Assembly (NCBI GenBank): GCA_964291415.2
Contig: OZ219917.1
Location: 896,001-960,000 of the forward strand
DNA from: Alphaproteobacteria bacterium
Lineage (GTDB): Bacteria; Pseudomonadota; Alphaproteobacteria; SP197
Direction: 5' to 3'
Length of the DNA stretch: 64,000 nt
Part shown: positions 10,413-20,301 of the stretch, piece after piece
Numbering within the stretch: the stretch's first letter is position 1
How the letters are laid out: each line of letters starts with the position of its first letter
Position numbers and translations under genes: made by a program
The notes under the pieces: model-generated
What the model was told of the DNA's origin: nothing
The model's database searches: none
What the model saw: the letters and a program-made list of their open reading frames with translations, nothing else

Positions 10413-11291
10413 ATGGACTTCGGTGTCTTCCTGCAGACCTGCCTGAACGCGACCTATGCTTCGAGCTATCTGGCGCTGGTTGCGGTCGGTCTCGTCCTCA
10501 TCTTCGGTGTCATGCGGGTCGTGAACTTTGCCCACGGCGAACTCTACATGGCCGGCGCCTATTGCCTGTTCTGGGTGTTCTACCAGAACGAACTGCCATT
10601 CTTCGCGGGCGTTGCGGTCGCCGTTCTCGCTGTGGCCGTGGTCGGACTCCTCCTGGAGAGAACGATGTTCCGGCCCATGAAGGACAATCCGCTGGGAGGT
10701 CTCATCTGCTCGATCGGCGCCCTGCTGGTCCTGCAGGCCGGAGCCGTTGCGCTCTTCGGCGTCCGCAAGAAGTCGTTTGCCGGTCCCTACAATGAAGCCG
10801 TGACGCTGTTCGGGATCGATGCCCTGACCATTTCCGGCCAGCGTCTTGTCGTCATTGCCTTTGCCGTCATTCTCCTTGGCGCGTTGTGGATCTTCCTGCG
10901 CAGGAGCCGGTTCGGCTGGGCGTTGCGGGCCGTGGCGCAGGATTCGGAGGCGGCCGCGCTGCAGGGCATATCGATCAGCCGCATCTCGATGCTCGCCATG
11001 ATTCTGGGCGCCGCGCTGGCGGGAGCCGCAGGGGCGCTGACCGCCACCATCGTGCCGACCGGCCCCTACATGGGACATCCGGTCATCATCGGGGCCTTCA
11101 TCGTCATCATCGTTGGGGGACTGGGCAGCCTCGAGGGTGCAGTCCTTGCATCCGTGCTCTATGCCTTCACCCATACCTTCGTCACCACGATCTTCGATGG
11201 CACGATTGCCGACATCACGGGCCTCGTGCTGATGCTCGTCGTGCTCGTCGTGCGGCCCCACGGCCTCCTCGGCAAGCCGGAGCGTGCCTGA
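10413..11291 (+). CDS. Branched-chain amino acid ABC permease (LivH-like)
   Basis: GLVLIFGVMRVVNFAHGELYM, GWALRAVAQD, IIVGGLGS. Confidence 0.92.
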   Translation: MDFGVFLQTCLNATYASSYLALVAVGLVLIFGVMRVVNFAHGELYMAGAYCLFWVFYQNELPFFAGVAVAVLAVAVVGLLLERTMFRPMKDNPLGGLICSIGALLVLQAGAVALFGVRKKSFAGPYNEAVTLFGIDALTISGQRLVVIAFAVILLGALWIFLRRSRFGWALRAVAQDSEAAALQGISISRISMLAMILGAALAGAAGALTATIVPTGPYMGHPVIIGAFIVIIVGGLGSLEGAVLASVLYAFTHTFVTTIFDGTIADITGLVLMLVVLVVRPHGLLGKPERA

Positions 11292-12355
11292 TGGGCGCCG
11301 TCACCTACGCGGTATGGCTGGCGCTCATTGCATTGTCGCTGACGGCGGCAGCCCTTGCCCTCGATCCGCACCTTGGCGGTCCGAACCGTCGCCGGTGGTG
11401 GCAGGGGCTGGCGGTCGCGTCGGCTGTCGTGCTGGCACTCTCGCCGCACGTCGTGACCTTTTCGCAACAGGAACTTCTGGTGTTCCTCACCATCAACACC
11501 CTGGTCGTGGTGAGCTACCGGCTGCTTGCGCTGACAGGCGAGTTCTCGCTCGGCCACGTGGTCATGATGGGGGTCGGGGCCTACGCATCGGCCCTGCTCA
11601 GCAAGCAGTTCGCCATTCCCGTTCCGCTTTCGATCATCCTCGCTGCCGGTCTCACGGGCCTCGTTGCCTTTGTCCTCGCCTTTCCGCTGTTTCGCATGAA
11701 GGGATTCTATTTCCTGATCGGGTCCTTTGCCGCAGGCGAAACCATAAGGCTGCTCTGGAAGGCCTTCATCGGGCCGAAGGGCATCTCCCGCATTCCCGGT
11801 GTCCCCGACATCGAGATCGGCGCCTACGAGATCAATTTCTGGGAACCGGTCGCCTCGTACTACCTGGTGCTCATGATCGCGGCCGTTTCCGTCTGGATCC
11901 TCTGGCGCATCGAGCATTCGCACATCGGCCTGACCTTTCATGCCGTCCACTGGCGTGATCAGCTCGCAGGCGCGGTGGGCGTCAACACCTGGCGAACGAG
12001 GACCCAGGCCCTGGTGCTGGCGTCGTTCTTCGCCGGTCTCGCCGGCGCGCTGCTGGCGCACTATCTCACCACCGTCAATCCCAACCGCTTTGCGGTCCAC
12101 GAGATGGTATTCGTGCTGATCTGGGTGATTGTCGGAGGCACGGCCACGATCTGGGGGCCCATCATCGGGCTCGTCACGCTGACCGCCATCAACGAGGTGC
12201 TGCTGCGCGATATCGGATACGACGAACTGCGCCCCCTCTTCTATGGCGTGCTCCTCGTTTTCGCCATGCTGTTTCTGCCGAACGGTCTCGAGACCCTGCC
12301 GGCGCGCGTCCTTCGGCGCTTCAGGCGCGCGAGGCCGCTGACATCCCAGGGTTGA
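11291..12355 (+). CDS. Branched-chain amino acid ABC permease (LivM-like)
   Basis: TGEFSLGH, GVGAYASA, VIVGG, FLPNGL; TGATG overlap with livH. Confidence 0.9.
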   Translation: MGAVTYAVWLALIALSLTAAALALDPHLGGPNRRRWWQGLAVASAVVLALSPHVVTFSQQELLVFLTINTLVVVSYRLLALTGEFSLGHVVMMGVGAYASALLSKQFAIPVPLSIILAAGLTGLVAFVLAFPLFRMKGFYFLIGSFAAGETIRLLWKAFIGPKGISRIPGVPDIEIGAYEINFWEPVASYYLVLMIAAVSVWILWRIEHSHIGLTFHAVHWRDQLAGAVGVNTWRTRTQALVLASFFAGLAGALLAHYLTTVNPNRFAVHEMVFVLIWVIVGGTATIWGPIIGLVTLTAINEVLLRDIGYDELRPLFYGVLLVFAMLFLPNGLETLPARVLRRFRRARPLTSQG

Positions 12356-13025
12356 GGCGGCCCCGCCGCTCAGGCTCGAGCGTCAGCGGCACGAGGAGGG
12401 CCGCGGCGTAGAGGCGCGCTTCGTCGTCCCTCATCATCGGCGGGTGTTCGGCGAAGCGGTCGATCTCGCGGCCCGGAACGGATTCTCCCAGCCAGTGCGC
12501 CATGGCCGCGGCCGACGACTCGCGATGGCCGAAGGCATCGCGCCGGCACGCCAGGGCGGTCTCCATGGCCTGCCGGTCGCCACGCCGCGCGGCACGTTCG
12601 GCTTCGACAAGGGCCATGCCCGCCTGGAGCATCTTGCGGCATCGCTGGCGCACGATGGAGGGATAGACACCGCGATGCTTCGATTCGAGCCGCATGTGAA
12701 AGAGCGAACTGCGGGCACGAACGCCGGGCGCCATCCTCTCGACCCAGGGACCGGCGGTCCGCCATGCCTCGAGCGCGGCGGCAAGCCCCGCCTCCACGCC
12801 GTCCGGCCCCGGGATCATCAGGGCGTGCGCGTGCGCCGTTGCCGCCCGCCTCGGATCGTCCGGCTCGAAGCCTGAGGCCATCACGCCGGCCTGACGGCAG
12901 CACGCCGCCGCATGGACCTGATCGCCGTCGAGCCACGCAGCGCGGGCTCCCGCCATCCAGTCCACCCACAGTTCGTCCCCCAGGCGCCAGCCGGAGAGGC
13001 TCTCCCTAGCCTCCGAGGTAGGCAC
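12321..13025 (-). CDS. Hypothetical helical protein (possibly TPR-like)
   Basis: Ala/Arg-rich open frame downstream of livF; GTG at 13025 overlaps the livF end; contains DDPRRA and RARSSLFHMRLE segments; start uncertain. Confidence 0.6.
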   Translation of the reverse strand: MPTSEARESLSGWRLGDELWVDWMAGARAAWLDGDQVHAAACCRQAGVMASGFEPDDPRRAATAHAHALMIPGPDGVEAGLAAALEAWRTAGPWVERMAPGVRARSSLFHMRLESKHRGVYPSIVRQRCRKMLQAGMALVEAERAARRGDRQAMETALACRRDAFGHRESSAAAMAHWLGESVPGREIDRFAEHPPMMRDDEARLYAAALLVPLTLEPERRGRLNPGMSAASRA

Positions 13026-13716
13026 GGCGGACGTGTTCATTCTCGCGCAGCACGTCGGTAGGCCCGGAGAGCGCGATGCGGCCGGTTTCAAGCACGTAGC
13101 CGTAGCTCGCCAGGTGAAGCGCGAGGCTGGCGTTCTGCTCGACGAGAACGACGGGAACGCCCTTGCGGTTGATTTCGCCGATGATCGTGGCGATTTCCTG
13201 CACCATCAGGGGCGACAGTCCGATCGAGGGCTCGTCCATCAGCAGCAGCCGTGGCGCCGCCATCAGGGCGCGCCCCATGGCCAGCATTTGCTGTTCGCCG
13301 CCCGACAGTGTCTTGGCGTACTGGCCACGCCTCTCGCGCAATCGCGGAAAATGGCCATACACCATGTCGAGGTCGGAACGGACCGACGGCCCGTCACGGC
13401 GCAGATAGGCGCCAGTCATGAGATTCTCCAGAACCGTCAGTTCCGGAAAGACGCGGCGGCCCTCGGGGACGTGGGCGATTCCACGAGCGACAATCCGGTC
13501 GGGCTCGAGTCCTTCAATTCTCTCGCCTTCGAAGAGGATCGTGCCCGTCGTGGGACGATTGAGCCCGGAGAGCGTGCGCAGGGTCGTCGACTTTCCCGCT
13601 CCGTTGGCGCCGATCAGGGTGATGATGTCGGCCGCCTCCAGCCGGATGTCGATCCCCTTGATGGCCTGGACCTTGCCATAGTGAACCTCAAGGTTCGTCA
13701 CCTCCAGGAGTGTCAC
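13006..13716 (-). CDS. Branched-chain amino acid ABC ATP-binding protein (LivF-like)
   Basis: GANGAGKST, VPEGRRVF, LSGGEQQMLA, VEQNA, VRRAYLG; GTG start overlapping the livG stop. Confidence 0.93.
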   Translation of the reverse strand: MTLLEVTNLEVHYGKVQAIKGIDIRLEAADIITLIGANGAGKSTTLRTLSGLNRPTTGTILFEGERIEGLEPDRIVARGIAHVPEGRRVFPELTVLENLMTGAYLRRDGPSVRSDLDMVYGHFPRLRERRGQYAKTLSGGEQQMLAMGRALMAAPRLLLMDEPSIGLSPLMVQEIATIIGEINRKGVPVVLVEQNASLALHLASYGYVLETGRIALSGPTDVLRENEHVRRAYLGG

Positions 13717-14492
13717 GCCACGCCCTCGATCGGGGTCCCGAGATAGGCATCGACAACCTCGGGATTGGTGCGGATCGCCTCGGGGTCCCCCTCGGCAAGC
13801 AGGCTGCCGAAATTGAGCACGGTGATGGTCTCGCACAGGCCCATGACCGCCTGCATATCGTGCTCGACGAGAAGAATGGTGACCCCACGGTCCCGCACCT
13901 GGCGCACGAGATCCATCATGCGTCGCGTCTCGTCCGGATTCATGCCCGTGAACGGCTCGTCGAGCAGGAGAAGTCGCGGTTCCGCGGCGAGGGCAACGCC
14001 GACGCCCAGGGTGCGCTGAAGCCCATGGGGGAGATTGGCGCATGACTCGCCAGCGACTCCGTCGAGCCCCATGAACGCGAGGATCTCCTCGACCCGGGCC
14101 TGGGCCTGCTCCTGGCGTTCCCGTTGCCGGCCAAGGAGGACGCTGGCGAGCCCGATCCTCGCACCGAGATGGCAGCCGGCGAGAACATTCTCGGCGACGG
14201 TGAGTTCGTGGAACAGGGTCGTCGCCTGGAACGTGCGAACGAGACCCAGCGCGGCGACCGCATGGGTCGCCATGCCCGAGATGTCACGCCCGGCGTAGAT
14301 CACGCGTCCGCTCGTCGGCCTGTAGAAGCCGGAGATCACGTTGAAGGTCGTCGTCTTGCCGGCGCCGTTCGGTCCGATGAGCCCGTGAATCGCACCCTCC
14401 TTCACGGTGAAGGTGAGGTCGTCGACCGCCGTCAGGCCGCCGAATCGCCGCGTCAGCCCCTCGATGCTCAACACGCCGGTTTGCTGTCCCAT
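13713..14492 (-). CDS. Branched-chain amino acid ABC ATP-binding protein (LivG-like)
   Basis: FGGLTAV, GPNGAGKTT, RTFQ, LLDEP, VEHDM, AYLG. Confidence 0.93.
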   Translation of the reverse strand: MGQQTGVLSIEGLTRRFGGLTAVDDLTFTVKEGAIHGLIGPNGAGKTTTFNVISGFYRPTSGRVIYAGRDISGMATHAVAALGLVRTFQATTLFHELTVAENVLAGCHLGARIGLASVLLGRQRERQEQAQARVEEILAFMGLDGVAGESCANLPHGLQRTLGVGVALAAEPRLLLLDEPFTGMNPDETRRMMDLVRQVRDRGVTILLVEHDMQAVMGLCETITVLNFGSLLAEGDPEAIRTNPEVVDAYLGTPIEGVA

Positions 14493-14858
14493 GGACCTCC
14501 GTTGCCGCGCAAGGAATGCAGACGATCTCGTCCGTTCGGCTTTCCAGTCATGTCAGCCAGCGGATCCTTGCAGTGTCCAAGAAAGGACTATCCCGCACGC
14601 CAACCACGCCATCAAGTGCGACAGTGCATTTGGTTCCGGCGCGGACCGCCGGATGTCGCGCGATGGGCACAGGCGCGTGCGAGTCGGAACCGGCCATGAC
14701 GTGATGGCTGGAATTCGACGGGTGAGGCCGGATCCGTGCGAACCCGCGCCATCGACTGGACTGCAGAATCTGCGAGCAGACGCAACCGAGTTCCCCCAGT
14801 GATTCCCGAGGGGGCGGGCACCCGCTCCGCCTACCAGGAACCGGCGATGGTCTGCTGA

Positions 14859-15593
14859 TCACGCATCGACAACGCCTCGGTCCAGCAAGTCCGGCAGATC
14901 TTCGACGCTGTCGATGATGACGTCGAAGAACTGCTCCTGATCCGGCGTCATCATGCCCCCGGTCCGCACGCCGACGGCTGCCCCGAAGCCGGCGGCACGG
15001 CTCATCAGGGCATCGACAATCGAATCGCCCACCATGAGAACACGTTCTGGAGGGATCCCGATTTCTTCACAAAACGCCAATCCCATGCCCGGGCCCGGCT
15101 TCCCTCCGTAGCCGGCATCGGCGCCACAGTGGAAGGCAAGTTCGTCGGCCAGACCGAGGTGATCGACCATCCGCTGTACCTTGCGCGTGCTGTCGTTCGT
15201 GGCCGCGCCCAGAATGTAACCCCTTCTGCGAAGTGAGCGCAGGAGTGCCCCCACATCGGTGACGGGAACGGGATCGCGCGTCGAGGCTTCGGCGAATACC
15301 CTCAGGATCATGGATTCGAGATCGGCTGGCGCCTTGTCGTCGAGAACGGTTTCCCACGCGTTGACGATATCGTGCACCGTGCCTGTGAGGAGCGTGGCGT
15401 TCGGATCGAACGTTGCCGTGGCACGATGATAGCCGGTCTTCCGCAGCAAGGCGTCGGCAAGGTCGGGTCGTCCGGCACGTGTCGCCACCTGGTGTGCAGC
15501 CCCTTCCCAGGCTGGAAGCCACATCGAGTCCAGTTCGATCAGCGTTCCGTCCTTGTCGAACAGGATGCCCCTGATGGCGCTCAGGTCGACCAT
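14859..15593 (-). CDS. HAD family hydrolase (phosphoglycolate phosphatase-like)
   Basis: Motif I LFDKDGTL, II ATND, III/IV KPGPGM...MVGDSIVD. Confidence 0.85.
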   Translation of the reverse strand: MVDLSAIRGILFDKDGTLIELDSMWLPAWEGAAHQVATRAGRPDLADALLRKTGYHRATATFDPNATLLTGTVHDIVNAWETVLDDKAPADLESMILRVFAEASTRDPVPVTDVGALLRSLRRRGYILGAATNDSTRKVQRMVDHLGLADELAFHCGADAGYGGKPGPGMGLAFCEEIGIPPERVLMVGDSIVDALMSRAAGFGAAVGVRTGGMMTPDQEQFFDVIIDSVEDLPDLLDRGVVDA

Positions 15594-15742
15594 GCGAGCA
15601 GGCTTGTCGTCAGAGAGTTCACGCGGTCCCTGGAACGTTGCGACCGTGACGCGCGATTAGTCACCGGCGCAACGACACGGCCTCGTCCTGCACGCGCGCT
15701 GCCGCCTTCGATGAGGTTCGCCGTCTGGCGCATCCGGCTCAT
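15581..15742 (-). pseudogene. Possible degenerate stub of a PIN/VapC toxin gene
   Basis: ATGA-coupled to the upstream antitoxin-like gene; MSRMRQTANLIEG loosely resembles a PIN N-terminus (MSRIFWDTNLFIYLIE type) but lacks the first acidic residue; 53 aa only. Confidence 0.3.
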
Positions 15743-16227
15743 TGCCAGCCTGACCGCTGGCGCCGCACATGGTCATCGGCGGCCTCGTCGGCCCAGAGTC
15801 CCTTGCCCAGTCCGCGCAGAGCCAGGATGGGATCCACGGTGCCTGCGCTCGTCCGGGGCGCGTACACGGCACCATACCAGTCGAGGAGTTCGCCGTGGCA
15901 TGCCGGGATTTCGTGGCGCTTCGGCATGTGCATTCCTGTCGCCCTGCGGGGGTGGCACGGGTCCCCAGGACGAAACAGACGCCGATGGCCGGCCCGTGTC
16001 TCGAAGAGCATGCAATGGCGCTCAGGATCGGGAGGCCTGTTGGCAACGCAATGAAGACAGATATGGGCTCTGACCGAGGGCCGCACCGTCCCCTGACCGG
16101 TCACGCTGGCGGCTTCCGCCTGCTCCATGATCTCGTCGATGGTGAAGCCCTCTCGCTCAGGATGATCGCGGTGAAGGCTTGCGACCGCGATCCAGACTTC
16201 ATCGGCTACCCGGATGTTCTGCCGCAT
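15739..16227 (-). CDS. Hypothetical antitoxin-like protein
   Basis: VADEVWIAVASLHR...HCVANRPP...RRLFRPGD, with C-terminal DPILALRGLGKGLWADEAADDHVRRQRSGW typical of VapB-like tails. Confidence 0.6.
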   Translation of the reverse strand: MRQNIRVADEVWIAVASLHRDHPEREGFTIDEIMEQAEAASVTGQGTVRPSVRAHICLHCVANRPPDPERHCMLFETRAGHRRLFRPGDPCHPRRATGMHMPKRHEIPACHGELLDWYGAVYAPRTSAGTVDPILALRGLGKGLWADEAADDHVRRQRSGWQ

Positions 16228-16651
16228 GTCCGGAATCTCCTGCCTTGGCACTCGCAGTTCGGCTGTCCAAAGGGCGGTTGGAAGGGCTGTTGCGGAACCC
16301 ATGAGCCAAACAACCAGATTCGTCGCCCACTCACTCAAGGCTATCAGCATCCACGAGCCACGACAGCGAAATCGGTCACGCGGTCCGACCTCGCCGAAAC
16401 AGGCGCGTCAATCAACCACGATCGCGGTGCATGAGTTGAGCGGGCAATCGGTGCTTCCAGCCATCACCATCTGGTTCGGCGCCCAGGAGACTCATTCGGC
16501 ATCGCACGGTTCCATCGGGTACCTTATCCGGTGTTGTTCGTGGTGCTGGCCGTGAACCTGACGGTCTCTGACCTCTTGGCGGCATGGACATCAGCACCGG
16601 CAAACACATCAACAGCGTGCGCAGGACGCTCATAAAGCGAGCCGTCGATGA

Positions 16652-17095
16652 CCTCCAGGAATACGCCACCGGCTGGACCAGGACATTGTCAGCCTATCGG
16701 CGATCCTGCTGGACGACGCCTGTTTCGAGGCACTCCAGGGCGCCAGGCACCAGGTTGACGGCGTTACGGTCGTCGACGAGACCCTGCTCATACCGTTCAA
16801 GGCCCGCGCGGTTATCGACCTCATCACTCGGTCCGAGGCGGCCGCGAACGTCGATCGAAGGGATATCAGGAAACACCGCAATGATGTCTTCCGGCTGACG
16901 CAGCTGCTGGCTGAGGATGCCCGGGTCACACTGCCGGAACCCGTCCGCCGGGATCTTCTCGCTTTCGTCAATCTGGTTCACACCGACGAGGATCTGAATC
17001 CCAGGGCGTTTGGCGTTCCGTTCACCCGGAATGAGGCGGTTGATCTACTCGGTGCCGCGTACGGACTCATTGAAACTTCATCTGAATTGACGTGA
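16652..17095 (+). pseudogene. C-terminal remnant of a predicted nucleotidyltransferase (AbiEii/type IV TA-like) gene
   Basis: Frame absent from the ORF track (no start codon, stop at 16649): SLSAILLDD...LIPFKARA.IDL...VDRRDIRKHRNDVFRLTQLL. Confidence 0.55.
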
Positions 17096-17105
17096 CGATG
17101 CGTCT

Positions 17106-17136
17106 CCCAACATTGTGATTCGACGACATTGTTGGG
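17106..17136. terminator. Hairpin downstream of the remnant gene
   Basis: CCCAACATTGT-9 nt-ACATTGTTGGG, 11-bp stem with one mismatch. Confidence 0.4.
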
Positions 17137-17378
17137 CTGAGGACCGCGGTTTCAACCTGTCAGGATTATGGGAACAGTGCGGTCGGGGCTGACTTCCAGG
17201 AGTTCGAAGGCGCGGCTCTGCAGCCTGGTCCGCCGGCCGGATTCTCGGCACGCCACAGCTCGAGCCTTTCGCGGCCCGCTTCGCATTTCGCGATGCAGGT
17301 CAAGGCGGCGGTCCCCTTGACGCCAGCGGGCTTGACCGGTTCAAGGGTGCCGGGACGGCCTGAACCAGGGAGGAGGCC

Positions 17379-18959
17379 ATGGACATTTCTGACGCCAAGC
17401 GCTCGGCACTCGACTGGGTCGATGCCCATCGTCAACAGCTCTCGGACTGGCACGCGACAATCTGGGACCTGCATGAGCCGGCCTGGCGGGAGTACCGGTC
17501 GGCGGCCTGGTACGTCGATCGCCTGCGCCGCGAGGGATTCGAGGTCGAGGAGGGATCCGGCGGCATGCCGACAGCCTTCTGCGCCACGTGGTCCAACGGT
17601 GACGGGCCGACGATCGGATCCTACGCGGAGTACGATGCGGTTCCCGGAAACAACCAGGACCGCGTTCCCTGGCGCAAGCTGCGCGATGGCGTCCATCACG
17701 CCGCGGCCGGACATACCGACCCCCACTCCGCCCTCGGCATGTCCACCCTGGGCGGCATTCTGGCGGCCAAGGCGGCGATGGAACGGCACGGCATCCAGGG
17801 GCGGCTGAAGTTCATGGGCGAGCCGGCGGAGAAGGTGTGCGGGTCCAAGCCTGTCCATGCGGCGAAAGGCTATTACGACGACATGGACGCCGCGGTCTCG
17901 TTTCATCCTTCCTACGGCACCCTGCGCACCAACACCTGCATTCTCGACACCCACTGCGGCAGCTACTGGAGCCGCATCTACAGCTTCATCTGCGATTCCC
18001 CGGAGACGTGGAGGAGCGTTGGCGCTCCCGGTCCGTCGTCAGCCCACACCGTCGCCAGGGCGCCCGGCGCCAACGATGCGCTGTGCCTGATGTACACGAC
18101 CACCAAGTACACGAAGGAATCGATGCTGCCGCACACTGGCACGTGGACGCTGAACGAGGCGCTGCTGGCGGCCGGCAACGCGACGAGCGACAACCTGGCG
18201 CCGCGGTTCGGCCAGATCCAGTACTCATGGAGGTCGCCGACGCTGGAGATGCAGCAGCGCATCGCCGAGGTGCTCGACCGGAACGCCGAGCATGTCGCCG
18301 CCATGACCCACTGCCGCCTGGAATCCCACTGGGTGACGCGCACGCGGGTCGGGTTGCCCAACCACGCCATGGCCCGCCTTGCCTATGCGAATCTCGAGCT
18401 GGTTGGCGGACCGCAGTGGGATGACGAGGCCAGGTCCTTCTGCCGGGAGCTGCAGGAGAACCTGGGGATCGAGCCCATGGAGGAGCCGATCCTCGCCGAG
18501 ATGACCAATCTCTGCCCTCCGGAAAAGGGCGAGGCGCAGCTGCGCGCCATCCTGCCGCCGTGGCAGCTCAACTACACGTCCGACGATTATGTCGACTGGA
18601 CGTGGCATGCGCCCACGGTGCGCCTCATCGTTGGCCGCTGCACCCTGAAGGCTCCCGCGGGCTATACCTATCCGGACTGGTCATGGAATGCTCTCGGCGG
18701 CCATGCGCCGACCATCGATCCCACCATCATGTGCGCCGCCAAGGTGATCGGCGCGACCGTCGTCGATCTCCTCACCGATCCGCCGCGCCTGCAGGAAGCG
18801 CGCGCGGAATTCGAGGAGAGGACCGGGGGCGGCATCGGCGGATCGTCCTGGGTGGCGCCGCTGCTGCCGCGCGACTTCCAGCCGCCGGTCGGCTTCGCCT
18901 GGCCGGAATATGTCACGACGGCGCGTGGTGAGAGCTGGTACGTGCCGGCGACTGCCTGA
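17379..18959 (+). CDS. M20 family amidohydrolase (AbgB-like)
   Basis: IWDLHEPAWREYRS, GGMPTAF, AEYDAVPG, HTDPHSALG, GEPAEK, SFHP; GGAGG RBS. Confidence 0.85.
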   Translation: MDISDAKRSALDWVDAHRQQLSDWHATIWDLHEPAWREYRSAAWYVDRLRREGFEVEEGSGGMPTAFCATWSNGDGPTIGSYAEYDAVPGNNQDRVPWRKLRDGVHHAAAGHTDPHSALGMSTLGGILAAKAAMERHGIQGRLKFMGEPAEKVCGSKPVHAAKGYYDDMDAAVSFHPSYGTLRTNTCILDTHCGSYWSRIYSFICDSPETWRSVGAPGPSSAHTVARAPGANDALCLMYTTTKYTKESMLPHTGTWTLNEALLAAGNATSDNLAPRFGQIQYSWRSPTLEMQQRIAEVLDRNAEHVAAMTHCRLESHWVTRTRVGLPNHAMARLAYANLELVGGPQWDDEARSFCRELQENLGIEPMEEPILAEMTNLCPPEKGEAQLRAILPPWQLNYTSDDYVDWTWHAPTVRLIVGRCTLKAPAGYTYPDWSWNALGGHAPTIDPTIMCAAKVIGATVVDLLTDPPRLQEARAEFEERTGGGIGGSSWVAPLLPRDFQPPVGFAWPEYVTTARGESWYVPATA

Positions 18960-18961
18960 CG

Positions 18962-19846
18962 TCAGCCGTTGCCCCGCCACGCGTCAAGGGCGCGGTTGAA
19001 GCGGCCGAGGTAGTCCGCCGTATAGGCGACATAGTCGACATCGAGGGGCGAGTGGGTCTCCTGCACCATGCTCCACATCGCTTCGCGCAACAGCGATGCG
19101 CAGGCCAGCGCCCCGAGGCGCCGCCTCAATTCATCGGTGATCGCCTGGTCCAGGACCCGTTCGGCGACCTTCTCGCGGCTTTCGGCGTCGAGGTGACTGT
19201 TGGAGGCAAGGTTGGCAATGTCGAAGAGGGCCGTGTTGTAGCCGGCGTATTCCCAGTCGACGAGCCACAGCCTCTCACCGTCATCGAGGAAGTTCGCGGC
19301 CAGCAGGTCGTTGTGGCAGAGCACCGGACTGATGGGGCCGACGGCCGCTTCCAGGTCCTGCGCCGCCCCGAGGAGGTGCGGCACCTCCGCCAGCAGGCGA
19401 TGATCGTCGTCGTGAAGACGGTGCCCGTAGTCGCGGATGACGTGGAAAACCCAAAAGAACGGAGCCCGGCCGCGCAGATGACGCGCCCCGTCGCGGTGGA
19501 GGCGGGCCAGCAGTTCCGCAATGCGTTCGAGATTCTTGGGATCGCGCACATCGGCATCGTCGAAGGTGTGGCCATCGATCCAGCGCACCACCAGGACGCC
19601 CTTGGCGGTGTAATGGACTTCCGGCGCGATGCCTGCCGCGTACGCCGCACGGCTGCAGGCAGTCTCATAGGTCCGGCGGATGCCGTGGACAGGAATGTTG
19701 CCGCCCACCCGCACCAGAAAGCTCCGGTCGCCGTCATCGACGCGGAAGTTGAGATTGGTGATGCCCCCGCTGATCGGGCGGGGTGTCACCGGCCCTTTCC
19801 AGCAGGGCAGCCCGGCGGCCCTGGCAACTGCCTCGTCAGGCGTCAT
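18962..19846 (-). CDS. Choline/ethanolamine kinase family phosphotransferase
   Basis: GGITNLNF, Brenner motif CHNDLLAANF, LVDWEYAG. Confidence 0.85.
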   Translation of the reverse strand: MTPDEAVARAAGLPCWKGPVTPRPISGGITNLNFRVDDGDRSFLVRVGGNIPVHGIRRTYETACSRAAYAAGIAPEVHYTAKGVLVVRWIDGHTFDDADVRDPKNLERIAELLARLHRDGARHLRGRAPFFWVFHVIRDYGHRLHDDDHRLLAEVPHLLGAAQDLEAAVGPISPVLCHNDLLAANFLDDGERLWLVDWEYAGYNTALFDIANLASNSHLDAESREKVAERVLDQAITDELRRRLGALACASLLREAMWSMVQETHSPLDVDYVAYTADYLGRFNRALDAWRGNG

Positions 19847-20300
19847 GGTGATCGTCTCCCGCTGGCGCTGAGTTCGCTGCCACGGCGTAACGGGGCGTGT
19901 CCGTGGCGGTGGTCGGTTGGCCGATATCGGCGAGGCGGCCTTCGATGGCGTCGGTCTCGAGGCGGATGAGGCCGCCGCTGCGGAAGACGAGGGATATGCA
20001 ACCGGCCGCCTCCCGGTGGCCTTCGCTGACGATGGTCATCAGTTCCGCGTCACCGTCGCCTCCCAGGCCGTCGAGATCCCAGGTGTCGACCCTGGCGACG
20101 CGGTCGAGAACGAGAGCGCAGTCGACCTGCATGCCATCGCCACCGGGAAGTTCATAGCAGAAACGCCGGAACAAGGCGGCAAACCGATGGTCTTCCTCGA
20201 CCCATGTGACCTCGGCGAGGGGCATGCGCGCGCTTTGCAGCACGGTGGCGAAGACCTCCAGATCGTCATCGTCGACAGCCTTGAGTCGAAGCGGCTTCAT
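19836..20300 (-). CDS. DUF2948 family protein
   Basis: PLRLKAVDDDDLEV...LQSA...RFCYE...FRSGGLIRLE; usual position downstream of murA. Confidence 0.8.
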   Translation of the reverse strand: MKPLRLKAVDDDDLEVFATVLQSARMPLAEVTWVEEDHRFAALFRRFCYELPGGDGMQVDCALVLDRVARVDTWDLDGLGGDGDAELMTIVSEGHREAAGCISLVFRSGGLIRLETDAIEGRLADIGQPTTATDTPRYAVAANSAPAGDDHHDA

Positions 20301-20301
20301 G

